Counted from the first letter of the stretch, positions 8,223 through 20,019 are shown. The stretch: 64,000 nucleotides of DNA from Bacteriovoracia bacterium (GCA_050251055.1 JBFWNL010000004.1:256001-320000), one strand, 5' to 3'. Notes: generated from the sequence alone by a model not told the origin. Numbers and translations are program-made.

Positions 8223-8789
8223 CTAGCTCAAGATCATATCCCCGATCAAGATTCCGACTCCAAACAAGATAAACAACGCACTCGCTATCCTGCGAACCAT
8301 CTTCATCGACACCTTCTCGGTGAATTTACTTCCGAATAGAACCGCTAGCCCATCGGCGGCAAGCATTCCCAAGGTGGTACCCGCCGTAACGGCGAGCGGT
8401 GAAGTGTATTTCGCCCCGAGCGCCACGGTGGCCAGCTGGGTTTTGTCGCCCATTTCCGCAAAGAAAAACACGACGGCGGTCGTTACGAAAGGACCCCATG
8501 CATAGTGCTTTTCACCTTCGGCCGGCGCGTCCGGGACGAGGATCCAAACGCCAAAACCGATGAAAATCGCCGCAAGCGCCCACCGCAAAACATCCGGGGC
8601 CACATAGTCAGTGACAAAGGCGCCGGCATAACTAGCCAGGCCGTGGTTGAACACGGTCGCGACCAAGATGCCGGCTAAGACGGGAAGGGGTCGCTTAAAG
8701 CGGGCGGCAAGCACGAGCGCGAGGAGCTGGGTTTTATCCCCCATCTCACTCGCGAAGACCAGTAGTGCCGAATTCCAAAACACACCCAA
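8223..8789 (-). CDS. TMEM165/GDT1 (UPF0016) family cation (Mn2+/Ca2+) exporter
   Basis: Two copies of the EMGDKTQL signature in a small multi-TM protein. Confidence 0.93.
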   Translation of the reverse strand: MGVFWNSALLVFASEMGDKTQLLALVLAARFKRPLPVLAGILVATVFNHGLASYAGAFVTDYVAPDVLRWALAAIFIGFGVWILVPDAPAEGEKHYAWGPFVTTAVVFFFAEMGDKTQLATVALGAKYTSPLAVTAGTTLGMLAADGLAVLFGSKFTEKVSMKMVRRIASALFILFGVGILIGDMILS

Positions 8790-8812
8790 GCCCCGTTAAT
8801 CACTACAGCGGT

Positions 8813-9160
8813 TCAGAGATTTTTCCCGTCATAACTCTGGATAGTAAGCGCCGACAAATCCACTCCGTCCAAGCAGCGAACGTTAATCGCGGCCATTTTG
8901 GTCCCGTCCGGCATCGCCCCCCGGCTGAAGGAGGTTACGCCGCAGCTCTTGCAGAACAAGTGGTGAACGACGTGCTTATTGAATTGATAGTCTTGTAGAT
9001 TATCCTCTCCCGAAAGCAATCTAAAGTTCGACGCCGGAACGAAATCCAACAGCGTCCCTTTCTTCATGCACATCGAGCAATTGCAGCTGATCGCTTTCTG
9101 CACGTTCATATCAACTTCGTACTTTACCTTGCCGCAGTGGCAACCACCGGTGTGTTTCAT
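8813..9160 (-). CDS. GFA family (glutathione-dependent formaldehyde-activating/CENP-V-like) Zn protein
   Basis: GGCHCG, CNCSMC, FCKSCG, NVRCL. Confidence 0.92.
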   Translation of the reverse strand: MKHTGGCHCGKVKYEVDMNVQKAISCNCSMCMKKGTLLDFVPASNFRLLSGEDNLQDYQFNKHVVHHLFCKSCGVTSFSRGAMPDGTKMAAINVRCLDGVDLSALTIQSYDGKNL

Positions 9161-9375
9161 CTGGATATCCTACTATTCAATAAATCTGGTTTCAGCTTGA
9201 ATCCCATTCGTGAGACATTCAAAGAGAGACAAGACGCCTACCCACTTCAAAATCAATTAACCCAAACACAACCCAGTTTGCCCCAGGGTTCTTCTTCGCA
9301 CAATACTACTCGCGCGCGGTCGTTCGATTTTGCTCCGGGCTTCCAGCCCTCCGCAACATCTCTAGGGAAGTCGCG

Positions 9376-9524
9376 CCGCCATGTATTCTTTTTTCGCGTC
9401 TTTTAAAAACAAAAAGCTAAGAGGGGGCGTGTACCCGGGCCAGGATGGCGCTGAGGGGACGAGCCCATGGATGGGCGTCCCCCTCTTGGCTTTTTGTTTT
9501 TAAAAGACGCGAAAAAAGAATACA

Positions 9525-9530
<6 letters not shown>
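9376..9530. repeat. Long inverted repeat (52-bp arms, 1 mismatch) overlapping the tRNA-Ser 3' end; MITE/REP-like
   Basis: 9376-9427 matches the reverse complement of 9479-9530 except at one position; the 51-nt spacer holds two small hairpins. Confidence 0.9.
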
Positions 9531-10959
<1,429 letters not shown>

Positions 10960-10968
10960 CTACCCTTA

Positions 10969-13900
10969 TCATTGATACTGTTCAAAGTCAGCGCGATCCT
11001 CCGCGTCAGGCGCTAATTCCAGATACTTTCGGAAATTTTCGGCCGCGTTCAGCGGGTCGCCCACCGAACGGAAGGCCAGCCCCAGGCGCTTATAAATAAC
11101 CGGGTTTCCCGGGTCAATGCGAATGGCCGCGGTATAGAGCGCGATCGCGCCCCGGGGGTTGTTGAGCAGGAAGTTCGCGAAGCCGGCCTGGTGCTTGGCT
11201 TCGGCGTTTCGGGGATCCACCGCCATGGCTTTGGTGAAATACTCCAACCCTTTACGGTAGTCCCCCAGATTCACCATTTCCTTGCCCATGGCGATGAGAC
11301 CCACGGTGTTATTAGGATGGTTCGCGAGCTCGCGCTTGAACTCTTCCACGGCCAGATCCGGGCGCTTGGCCAACGAATAGAGGTTGCCCTTGTAGTAGTG
11401 CAGATTGGGGTACCTCGGATACAGTCCATAAATCTTGTCGAGCTCCTCCAAAGCCTCCTTGAACTTCTTCTGCTTGATGAAGATCTCGTGCCGTTTCAAG
11501 TACCCGGAGGGATCGGAAGGATTGCGGTCGGAATAGGATTTGTAAGCCTGCGCCGCTTCTTCCAGTGCCTGTTTATTGCGTTCTTCCTGGGAAAGGAAAA
11601 TCTCCGCCTGCACCTTCCAAGGTAGCGCGTAATCCGGGCTCAAGGCCATGGCCTGCTTCACGTTGTTCTGGGCCTCGTCGTATTGCCCTTTCTTTACTTG
11701 GAACTCAGCGATCGCGGTTAGCAACTCGGGCTTCAGGCCTTCCGACCGATCGACCTCTTCCTGCAACATGATGATCGCCTGCTCGATGGACTCTTTCTCG
11801 GCGATACAGGTGGCGGTGCCCAGGATGGCCTCGACGTTCAAGGGATCAAAGCGGCGGGCGAGGGCGAAGAAGAAGGGCGCGTCGTCATACGCCTTGCCCG
11901 TCATCAACGCCCGGGCGTAGGAAACGTAGACGTCCGAATCGATGCTGTCGCGATCCATCGCTCGTTTATAGAAGGTAAGCGCCTGCACCAGCTGGCCTTG
12001 ATGAAAGAAAACGTCGCCCCTTAGCTTGTCGACCGAGCTTTTCGCATGGGGGTATTTCTTCAGCCGGTTGATTTGTTTTTCCGCGTTTTCCCACTCGTAG
12101 CTCAAAATCAGGGACTTGATGTACTTCGCGAGGACGCGGGTATCATCCGCGGAAATCTTCGCGGCCTTGCCGTAGTTGATTTTTGCGTTCGGGATGTCGT
12201 TGAGCTTCATGAACGTGTCGCCGATTTTGGAGTAGGGCAGGGCCGAGTCCCGGTAGGCGTGGGATGCGTCCATAAAGGCGATCAGCGCGTCCTGGTGCTT
12301 GCCTTCCTGGTAAAGCTTTTCGCCTTCACCCAGGAAGTAATACATGCGCGCTTTCTTTCGAATGGAATCCACCTTGTCCCCGGCGCGATAACGCAAGGTG
12401 AATAGCTCCAACATGTAATCGTGATTGTTCGGGTCGAGTTTCACCGCTACTTCGATATCTCCCAAGGCCTGCTGCACGTTTTTCTTCAGGTCGTTCACCA
12501 GGCTGCTGAGGTAATAGGAGCGGGCCAGATCTTCCGGCGAGAGCAGATGCGGATTCGTTTTTAGGAAGTTGAGATGGGATTCCGCCTTCAACAGTTCCGA
12601 CTGTCGACGGTAGATATCCGCCAAGGTCAAGCGGCTTTTCGCGTGGTTTCGATACACCTTGAGCGCCTTCAGGTACTGCTGGCGGGCCTCTTCCAAGGTG
12701 CCGAGTTTTTCCGCGATCTGCCCCCGTAGGTAGTAGATGCGGGGGATCTGGATTTTTTCCTCGGGAATTTGGGCCACGAACTTGGCCGCGTCGCGGTAGT
12801 TGCCGCGCTTATAGAACACGTAGGCGAGGTAGTAGAACATCTCTACGCCGTAGGTGGTGTGGGTGCTCGTGAAGTCCACGATACGCTTTTGGGCGGCGGC
12901 CCCGCGGCCCACCGTCAGATAAAACTCCACGTCGGCGATCACGGTTTCCTGCAAATCAATGGACTTCGCCCGGGAGCGCTCGATCACGCTCGAGATCACC
13001 TGGAAATACTTGTCGTCTTTATTGGAAGAATCGATCAAATTCAAATAGCACGAGGCCAGCAGCGCCATGGCCTTCACGTTGTTGTTGTCGAGGCTTGCCG
13101 CCCGCAAAAGGTTTTTTGCCGCATTTTTGTAGCCCGACACCGTGTCCTGAACGTAATACTTCAGGGAGGCCTTAAACAAGAGCTCGCTCTGCGCGGCATC
13201 GACGGACTCGGAAGAGAACGCCGGCAGGGCCGGCTTGAACGGCGGCACCCGCCAGGTGATCTCTTCCTCTTTTTCTGGAATCAGCACCTCCAAGGCCAAC
13301 GCGATGAAGATGGCGATAATCGCGCCCCGCTTGAGTTTACTGGATTTGCGGGGAACCAGGTCATTGAGACTCGGGGCGCGACCCCGGCCTTGGAAAATCA
13401 CGGTTTCCTCGTTCGTTACGTCCCGCATGGGCGCATGCGTGGATAGCTGCGCGGAAGACGTGAGCCCGTGCTGGGTGGGATCCTCGAAGTCCATTTTCCC
13501 CTGGGTGGCGAGCTTAAATGAAGGATTCGATGCCAAAACCGTCTTCTCGCCGTCGTCATCGAGATCGCCCTCGCCTTTTGACGCATCGTCGTCGTCAACC
13601 AGCTTCACGTGGGCGGGTTTCAGCTCGGCCTTGGCGTCGGCCTGCAGATCTTCGTCTTCCGGCAAGTCCTTGGCCTTACGTTCGTCCAGGATCGCCTTTT
13701 CCTGTTCCGTGAGAAATCCGCTATCGAGGGATACGTCGGACAGCTCGGAGATGGCCTGACCCGAAGTAACGGCTTCCATGCCGGGCAAGGGCTTTCCGGT
13801 TTCGTCGAGTTTCACGGTGACGCCGCCCGGGTCCACCGCCGTCTTCGTGGCATCGCCACGGATCAAAGTCGATTTTGATTTTCCTTCGAGCTTGGCGATG

Positions 13901-14076
13901 ATCAGATCCGCCAGGTCGGTATACTGATTGATATCTTTCCACTCGCCACGCGGGTGCTCGCGCGCTTCTTCAGTGCCCAGGATCTGGTCTCGTTTAATGA
14001 GGAGGGCGATTCGATCCAGGTCCAGGGGACCCACGATGCGGCCGGAAGCGAGCTTGATCTTGTATTTTTTCGCCAA
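10969..14076 (-). CDS. Large TPR protein with N-terminal GYF_2-like domain, acidic linker and a single TM helix
   Basis: GRIVGPLDLDRIALLI...GEWKDI (GYF_2-like), D/E-rich linker, KLKRGAIIAIFIALALEV TM, then roughly 750 aa of TPR repeats. Confidence 0.85.
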   Translation of the reverse strand: MAKKYKIKLASGRIVGPLDLDRIALLIKRDQILGTEEAREHPRGEWKDINQYTDLADLIIAKLEGKSKSTLIRGDATKTAVDPGGVTVKLDETGKPLPGMEAVTSGQAISELSDVSLDSGFLTEQEKAILDERKAKDLPEDEDLQADAKAELKPAHVKLVDDDDASKGEGDLDDDGEKTVLASNPSFKLATQGKMDFEDPTQHGLTSSAQLSTHAPMRDVTNEETVIFQGRGRAPSLNDLVPRKSSKLKRGAIIAIFIALALEVLIPEKEEEITWRVPPFKPALPAFSSESVDAAQSELLFKASLKYYVQDTVSGYKNAAKNLLRAASLDNNNVKAMALLASCYLNLIDSSNKDDKYFQVISSVIERSRAKSIDLQETVIADVEFYLTVGRGAAAQKRIVDFTSTHTTYGVEMFYYLAYVFYKRGNYRDAAKFVAQIPEEKIQIPRIYYLRGQIAEKLGTLEEARQQYLKALKVYRNHAKSRLTLADIYRRQSELLKAESHLNFLKTNPHLLSPEDLARSYYLSSLVNDLKKNVQQALGDIEVAVKLDPNNHDYMLELFTLRYRAGDKVDSIRKKARMYYFLGEGEKLYQEGKHQDALIAFMDASHAYRDSALPYSKIGDTFMKLNDIPNAKINYGKAAKISADDTRVLAKYIKSLILSYEWENAEKQINRLKKYPHAKSSVDKLRGDVFFHQGQLVQALTFYKRAMDRDSIDSDVYVSYARALMTGKAYDDAPFFFALARRFDPLNVEAILGTATCIAEKESIEQAIIMLQEEVDRSEGLKPELLTAIAEFQVKKGQYDEAQNNVKQAMALSPDYALPWKVQAEIFLSQEERNKQALEEAAQAYKSYSDRNPSDPSGYLKRHEIFIKQKKFKEALEELDKIYGLYPRYPNLHYYKGNLYSLAKRPDLAVEEFKRELANHPNNTVGLIAMGKEMVNLGDYRKGLEYFTKAMAVDPRNAEAKHQAGFANFLLNNPRGAIALYTAAIRIDPGNPVIYKRLGLAFRSVGDPLNAAENFRKYLELAPDAEDRADFEQYQ

Positions 14077-14078
14077 TA

Positions 14079-15575
14079 CTAGAGGCTCCCCACCACCTTC
14101 TTGGCCAGATCAACCAAAGCGGAAGGCAGTATCCCTACCTGGAGGGTCACGAGGGCCATGACCGCGACCGTGGCCGCGGAAAAGAAGGAAATGCGGGGAT
14201 GCGCGTTCTCCGTGGCGGGCTTCATATACATAAACACCAGCACGCGCAGGTAGTAGTAAGCCGAGATCGCGCTGCAAAGCACGCTAAGCACGACCAGCCA
14301 TATTTCGCCGGCTTGTACCGCCGAATAAAAGAGCAGGTACTTCGTAACGAAACCCGCCGTGGGGGGGACACCCGCCATGGAAAAGAGAAACACCGCCATC
14401 GCGAAAGCGAGCCACGGATGACGCTTGGCCAGGCCCGACATATCTTGGAGCTGCAAGCCCTCGTCGCCCTTGCCCGAGATAATGCTCAGAATCGCGAAGG
14501 CGCCCATGTTCATGACCGCGTACGAAACCAGGTAGAGCACCAACGCGGAATATCCAATTTCGCTGCTCGAGCCCGAAAGCAGACCCACCATCAGATAGCC
14601 CGTATGGGCGATCGACGAATAGGCGAGCATGCGTTTCAAATTCGTCTGCTGGAGCGCGATCACGTTGCCGAAAAGCATCGTCAACACGGCCGAGATCCAA
14701 ATCAGGTCGTGTAGATGCATCTGCACGCCCGCGACCAGGCTCTTGCCGTAGCCAAAAGAAATAAACACGCGCAGAAACACGGCGAAGGAAGCCGCCTTGA
14801 TTCCCGTGGTCATCAGTCCGGTCACCGGGGTCGGCGCGCCTTCGTAAACATCCGGCATCCACATATGGAACGGGACCGAGGCGACCTTGAACAAGAACCC
14901 GACCAGGACTAGCCACGCTCCGACCGAGAAGAGCACCGGAAGCGCGCCGGCATTTTGGCCGACGTAGGCGAGGATGTCGCGAATGTTGGTCGAACCCGAA
15001 AGTCCGTAAAGCAGCGCCGTACCGTAAAGCAGGATCGCGGAGGCCGCTCCGCCCAAGATGAAATACTTCATGGAAGCTTCGTTCGCGCGGCGGTCCGCCC
15101 GGCGGAATCCCACGAGCGAGTAGGCCGTGAGCGACATGAGCTCAAGCGCGATAAAGATCACGATCATGTCCAGGCTGCACGCCAGAAACATCATGCCGAG
15201 CGCGCAAAACAACACCAGGATGTTGTACTCGGGGAACTGGAGCGACTCCTTGTCGAGATACCGGAAGGAGCTCAAAACCGTGAATAGCGCCGAACCGAGG
15301 AAAATCAGATTGAAGAAGTTGGAATAGTCGTCGCCCACCATCATGTTATTGAAGAGGGTAACCGAAGGCGTGCCAATACCCGTGAAGCTAGCCCAGAGGC
15401 CAGCCGCGACGGTCAGCACCGATACCACGAACACGGACCACTTCGGATTGAGGGACTTCACGACCGAAAGCAGGATGGCAAGCGTCGCGCCGCCCATCAC
15501 GATCAGATAAGGCATTAGCGCGGAGATCTGCTCCGCGGTAACTTCGAGATGCTTGGGATCGATAATCAGATTCAT
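14079..15575 (-). CDS. nuoN: NADH-quinone oxidoreductase subunit N (canonical copy)
   Basis: IALELMSL, FKVASVPFHMWMPDVYEGAP, GIKAA, KRMLAYSSIAH, GFVTKY. Confidence 0.97.
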   Translation of the reverse strand: MNLIIDPKHLEVTAEQISALMPYLIVMGGATLAILLSVVKSLNPKWSVFVVSVLTVAAGLWASFTGIGTPSVTLFNNMMVGDDYSNFFNLIFLGSALFTVLSSFRYLDKESLQFPEYNILVLFCALGMMFLACSLDMIVIFIALELMSLTAYSLVGFRRADRRANEASMKYFILGGAASAILLYGTALLYGLSGSTNIRDILAYVGQNAGALPVLFSVGAWLVLVGFLFKVASVPFHMWMPDVYEGAPTPVTGLMTTGIKAASFAVFLRVFISFGYGKSLVAGVQMHLHDLIWISAVLTMLFGNVIALQQTNLKRMLAYSSIAHTGYLMVGLLSGSSSEIGYSALVLYLVSYAVMNMGAFAILSIISGKGDEGLQLQDMSGLAKRHPWLAFAMAVFLFSMAGVPPTAGFVTKYLLFYSAVQAGEIWLVVLSVLCSAISAYYYLRVLVFMYMKPATENAHPRISFFSAATVAVMALVTLQVGILPSALVDLAKKVVGSL

Positions 15576-17155
15576 TTACGCACCTCTTTCGCAATCACGG
15601 CCGCACCTGACGACGCACGCGCGGTAGCGGGCGTCGTAACCGCCGCCTGGCTCGAGCGAGCCAGGAAGTTTTCCACTGATTTCTCCATCTTCGCGAAGAA
15701 GAAGTTGGGCGCCACGCCCATCACGAACACCGCGATCACCAAGGGGGCTAGGACGACGCCTTCGCGCAGGTTCAAATCGCTCAGTTCTTTATTTTCTGGG
15801 TTTTCGAGCTTACCGAACATCACGCGCTGGAACATCCAAAGCATATAGACGGCGCCGAAGATGACGCCCAAGCCCGCCACGCCAGCCACCCAAGGATTCG
15901 TCTTGAAGGTGCCGAGCAGGATCAGGAATTCACCGATGAAGCCGTTTGTACCCGGCAGGGCGACCGACGACAGGGTGATGATCAAAAACACGATCGTGAA
16001 AAGGGGCATTACCTTGGCGATACCGCCGAAATCCTTGATTTCCCGGGTGTGACGACGCTCGTAGATCATGCCGACGAGCAGGAACAGCGCGCCCGTGGAG
16101 ATCCCGTGATTGAGCATCTGATAGACCGAACCCATGGCGCCCAGCGAATTCATGGCAAACAAGCCAATTACCACGTAGCCCATGTGGCTGACCGACGAGT
16201 AAGCGACGAGCTTCTTGATGTCCGGCTGGACCATCGCGACCCAGGCGCCGTAGACGATGGCCACGCCCCCCAGGGCGAGGAAAAACCCTTGGTAAGTCGC
16301 CACCGCTTCCGGAAACATCGGGAAGGCGAAGCGGATAAAGCCGTAACCGCCCATTTTCAACAGCACGCCGGCCAGGATGACGCTGCCCGCGGTAGGCGCC
16401 TGCACGTGCGCGTCCGGCAGCCAGGTGTGAAGCGGAAAGAGCGGAACCTTGATGGCGAACGCAAGCGCGAACGCCAGGAACAATATCTGCTGGGTGCCGA
16501 ACCAGCCGCCGCCTTCGAGCTTGAGTTTATAAAGGTCGGTGACGAGCGTGGAGTAGGTGCCGAACTGGACCTTATGCTGGTGGGCGAGATAAAAAATGGC
16601 GACCAACATCAAGAGCGAGCCCACGAGCGTGAACAGGAAGAATTTCATGGCCGCGTATGTACGATCCTTGCCGCCCCAGATGCCAATCAAGAAGTACATC
16701 GGAATGAGCATGGCTTCCCAGAAGACGTAGAACAGGAAAACGTCGAGCGCCACGAAAGCTCCCAACATCCCGGTTTCGAGCGCCAAGAGCAGAAAGTAGT
16801 ATTCCTTGAGGCGGTCTTCGACCGCCGTGAACGAGCCCAGGATCACGATCGGCGTGAGGAACGTCGTGAGCAAAATCAGCCATAGGCTGATCCCGTCCAT
16901 CCCGAGCGCGTACTGCACGCCTAGGTAGGGAATCCACGACGCCGTTTCCGTAAGCTGGAATTCGGCGCCGGTGGCCTGGAAGCGTTGATAGAGCAGGAGG
17001 GATAGACCGAAGACGACGAGGCTCGCGACCAAGGAAAAGACCTTGATCATCTGTTTTCCGCCATGGGTGTTCCCCGGCATGAAAAGCACGAGGCCCGCCA
17101 GGACCAGCGGCGCGAAAACGATCGTCGTTAAGATATGTTCATCAAACCATGCCAT
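15572..17155 (-). CDS. nuoM: NADH-quinone oxidoreductase subunit M (canonical copy)
   Basis: FWEAML, IKVPLFPLHTWLPDAH, LLKMG, YSSVSHMG, FIGEF. Confidence 0.97.
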   Translation of the reverse strand: MAWFDEHILTTIVFAPLVLAGLVLFMPGNTHGGKQMIKVFSLVASLVVFGLSLLLYQRFQATGAEFQLTETASWIPYLGVQYALGMDGISLWLILLTTFLTPIVILGSFTAVEDRLKEYYFLLLALETGMLGAFVALDVFLFYVFWEAMLIPMYFLIGIWGGKDRTYAAMKFFLFTLVGSLLMLVAIFYLAHQHKVQFGTYSTLVTDLYKLKLEGGGWFGTQQILFLAFALAFAIKVPLFPLHTWLPDAHVQAPTAGSVILAGVLLKMGGYGFIRFAFPMFPEAVATYQGFFLALGGVAIVYGAWVAMVQPDIKKLVAYSSVSHMGYVVIGLFAMNSLGAMGSVYQMLNHGISTGALFLLVGMIYERRHTREIKDFGGIAKVMPLFTIVFLIITLSSVALPGTNGFIGEFLILLGTFKTNPWVAGVAGLGVIFGAVYMLWMFQRVMFGKLENPENKELSDLNLREGVVLAPLVIAVFVMGVAPNFFFAKMEKSVENFLARSSQAAVTTPATARASSGAAVIAKEVRK

Positions 17156-19130
17156 AGATCATGTATCCCAGAGATAAGAACAAACCCAAAAGCAATACAA
17201 ACGCGTAAACCTGGAGCGAGCCCGTTTGAACCACCCGCGACTGCTGGCCGGTCCAGGCCGAGATGCGGCCGAAGCCAAGCACGATGCGGTCGATCACGCC
17301 CACATCGAACAAGGTCCAAAGCTTTTTGGAGAACGCGATGAGGGGCTGCACGATGATGGCGTTGTAGATTTCGTCCACGTACCACTTGTTCTCGAGCAGC
17401 TTGTGGAGCGAGGCCCACTTCTGCTTCATGCGTTCCACGGCCTTTAGATCCGAATAAAGTTTCAAGCCCAGGAAAATCCCGATACCGGCGCCGGTTAAGC
17501 TCAAACCCATGAGCACCCATTCCATCGCGGGCATGGGGCCGTGGGCATGGGCCGGAATTACCTGCGCGAGCCAATGCTCGAGCCAGCTAGCGTGCGGAAT
17601 ACCCATGAAGCCGCCGATCGCGCTCAGGAGCGCCAGCACCATGAGCGGAATCACCATGACGTTCGGGCTTTCGTGCACTTCATGATGGCCATGATCCCCA
17701 TGATCATGGGCGCCGTGCTTGGCGTGCCCATGTCCATGGTCGCCGTGGTCGTGCGCCCCGCGGTGCTGCCCCAAAAACGTGAGCGAGAACAGGCGAGTCA
17801 TGTAAAACGCCGTCATGACGGCGGTGAGCGCCCCGATCATCCATAGGAAAATCGAGCCGTGCTCCGAGCTATAGGCAAGCCAGAGAATCTCGTCTTTCGA
17901 GAAAAAGCCGGAGAAAGGCACGACCCCGCAGATGGCGAGCCAGCCGATCATGAAGACGAGATAAGTACGCGGCATTTTCGACTTCAGTCCGCCCATCTTC
18001 AAGATGTTCTGCTCGTGATGCATGCCGTAGATCACGCTGCCCGCACCCAAGAACAGAAGCGCCTTGAAGAACGCGTGGGTGATCACGTGGAACACGCCCG
18101 CGGTATAACCCGCCACGCCGCAGGCCAGGAACATGTAGCCCAGCTGCGATACCGTCGAATATGCCAAAACTTTTTTAATGTCGGTCTGGGCGATCGCCAT
18201 AGTGGCGGCGAAAAGCGCGGTGAGCGCGCCCACCCAAGCCACGACCATGAGCGCGACGTCGGACATCGAGTAAAGGAAGTTCAAGCGTGCCAGCAGGTAA
18301 ATCCCCGAGGTCACCATGGTCGCCGCGTGGATGAGCGCGGAAACCGGCGTGGGGCCGGCCATCGCGTCGGGCAGCCAAACATAGAGCGGAATCTGCGCGG
18401 ACTTACCCGTGCAGCCGATGAACAAAAATAGGCAGATCAAGGTGATCGTCAGCCCCATCCCGTCGGGCAGGCCCGCACTGAACTTGGACGCCACGGCTTG
18501 CTGGATTTCGTGGAACTCCAAAGAGCCAAAAGTAGTGAAGATCAGGAACATCCCGAGCAAAAAGCCCAAATCCCCGATACGGTTGACGATGAACGCCTTC
18601 TTCCCGGCGCTCGCCTTTTCGTCGTCTTCGTACCAGTAGCCAATCAGGAGGTAGCTGCAAAGGCCCACGCCTTCCCAGCCTAGGAACATCACGGGCAGGG
18701 ACGAGCCCAGCACCAGGATCAACATCGCGAAGCAAAAGAGATTCAGGTAGCTGAAGTACTTCGCCGGGGTCGCGTCGTCGTGCATGTAGCCGATCGAATA
18801 AACATGGATCAGGAAACCCACGCCCGTGATCACGAGGCAGAAGAGGGAAGAGAGTGGGTCCATCACGAGCGAGAAGTTCAAATTAAACGACCCGATCGTC
18901 ATCCACGGAAAGAGCGTCTGCTCGATCACGCGTTGGCCTTCGGGCATGCCCGAGAGGGTCAAGAACCCGTTTAGCGCGACGAGAAAGGAAACCAGGAGCG
19001 CGCCCGAGGCGATGATGCCGGGGACGGTGGCGCCTACCGGCTTCTGGTTCTTTCCGGTCTGGAAGAAAGCGTACCAGCTTCCATTAATAAGGAATCCGAT
19101 CAGGGGAACTAACGGTATCAGTGCTAACAT
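17142..19130 (-). CDS. nuoL: NADH-quinone oxidoreductase subunit L (canonical copy)
   Basis: GWEGVG, NRIGD, GKSAQIPL, PTPVSALIHAATMV, HAFFKALLF, FFSKDEI. Confidence 0.97.
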   Translation of the reverse strand: MLALIPLVPLIGFLINGSWYAFFQTGKNQKPVGATVPGIIASGALLVSFLVALNGFLTLSGMPEGQRVIEQTLFPWMTIGSFNLNFSLVMDPLSSLFCLVITGVGFLIHVYSIGYMHDDATPAKYFSYLNLFCFAMLILVLGSSLPVMFLGWEGVGLCSYLLIGYWYEDDEKASAGKKAFIVNRIGDLGFLLGMFLIFTTFGSLEFHEIQQAVASKFSAGLPDGMGLTITLICLFLFIGCTGKSAQIPLYVWLPDAMAGPTPVSALIHAATMVTSGIYLLARLNFLYSMSDVALMVVAWVGALTALFAATMAIAQTDIKKVLAYSTVSQLGYMFLACGVAGYTAGVFHVITHAFFKALLFLGAGSVIYGMHHEQNILKMGGLKSKMPRTYLVFMIGWLAICGVVPFSGFFSKDEILWLAYSSEHGSIFLWMIGALTAVMTAFYMTRLFSLTFLGQHRGAHDHGDHGHGHAKHGAHDHGDHGHHEVHESPNVMVIPLMVLALLSAIGGFMGIPHASWLEHWLAQVIPAHAHGPMPAMEWVLMGLSLTGAGIGIFLGLKLYSDLKAVERMKQKWASLHKLLENKWYVDEIYNAIIVQPLIAFSKKLWTLFDVGVIDRIVLGFGRISAWTGQQSRVVQTGSLQVYAFVLLLGLFLSLGYMIYGMV

Positions 19131-19131
19131 T

Positions 19132-19443
19132 CTATTCCCTCAGCAGCCGGATATCGTCGGTATCCACGCTGCGCAAAGTTCTGAACATGGCGATCACCAA
19201 ACCCAAACCCACGGCGGATTCCGCCGCGGCCACGGTAATGATGAAAAAGGCCGACATCTGGCCGCCCATGTGATCCAAGGTCTTCGAAAAAACGATAAAA
19301 GTGAGATTCACAGCGTTGAGCATGAGCTCGATGCACATGAGTACGATCAGGATATTCCGCCGGATCATCAGGCCCACGAGGCCGATGCAGAAGATCGCCG
19401 CCGCGAACGAAAGCACGATCCAAGGTTCTACCGTATTCATCAT
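19132..19443 (-). CDS. nuoK: NADH-quinone oxidoreductase subunit K (canonical copy)
   Basis: RRNI, CIELMLNA, AAAESAVG. Confidence 0.96.
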   Translation of the reverse strand: MMNTVEPWIVLSFAAAIFCIGLVGLMIRRNILIVLMCIELMLNAVNLTFIVFSKTLDHMGGQMSAFFIITVAAAESAVGLGLVIAMFRTLRSVDTDDIRLLRE

Positions 19444-19447
19444 TTCG

Positions 19448-20008
19448 CTACCCATGGGCCTTCTCCCCACTCCCTTGGCCTTTGCCGTGACTCTTGCGCA
19501 TGGCGATGGCCACTACCGCGACGATCGCGCCCAGGAGCAGGGCCGAGGTCAGCTCGAACGGCAAGACGTATTCCGAGAACATCAGCTGCGAGATCACCTT
19601 CGTGTTGCCGCCGCCGTTTTTCACGACCTCTGCCGTATGCTTTCCTAAAGATTTGAATTCGCCCGAATTCTTAAACGCCCAAACCAGCAGGCAGAAAAAC
19701 CCGATGCCCGCGGCACCGATCATGGCTTGCAAGCCCTTGTGCGGACGCAGAAAATCGAAAGACGGGACATCCGCGGCGAGCAGCATGATGACGAACACGA
19801 AGAGCACCATCACCGCCCCCGCGTAAACCAGGACCTGCAAACCGGCGAGTAGGTGCGCGTCCATCATGGCGTAAATGCCGGCGAAGGCGAAAAAGACGAA
19901 GACCAAATTGAACGCGCTCGAAACGGGATTCTTCTTAAAAACCACGAGCAGGGCACAGGCGATCGCCAGGATCGCGAAGGCGTAGAAGAAAATCGGGTGG
20001 ATGGCCAT
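19448..20008 (-). CDS. nuoJ: NADH-quinone oxidoreductase subunit J (canonical copy)
   Basis: NPVSSA, QVLVYAGAVMVLFVFVIML, PFELTS. Confidence 0.96.
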   Translation of the reverse strand: MAIHPIFFYAFAILAIACALLVVFKKNPVSSAFNLVFVFFAFAGIYAMMDAHLLAGLQVLVYAGAVMVLFVFVIMLLAADVPSFDFLRPHKGLQAMIGAAGIGFFCLLVWAFKNSGEFKSLGKHTAEVVKNGGGNTKVISQLMFSEYVLPFELTSALLLGAIVAVVAIAMRKSHGKGQGSGEKAHG

Positions 20009-20019
20009 GCTTGCGTTCC

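Noticed and set aside
9161-9375. yybP-ykoY Mn riboswitch expected upstream of the UPF0016 exporter
   Set aside because: No convincing conserved riboswitch core on the minus strand, and the GFA gene intervenes
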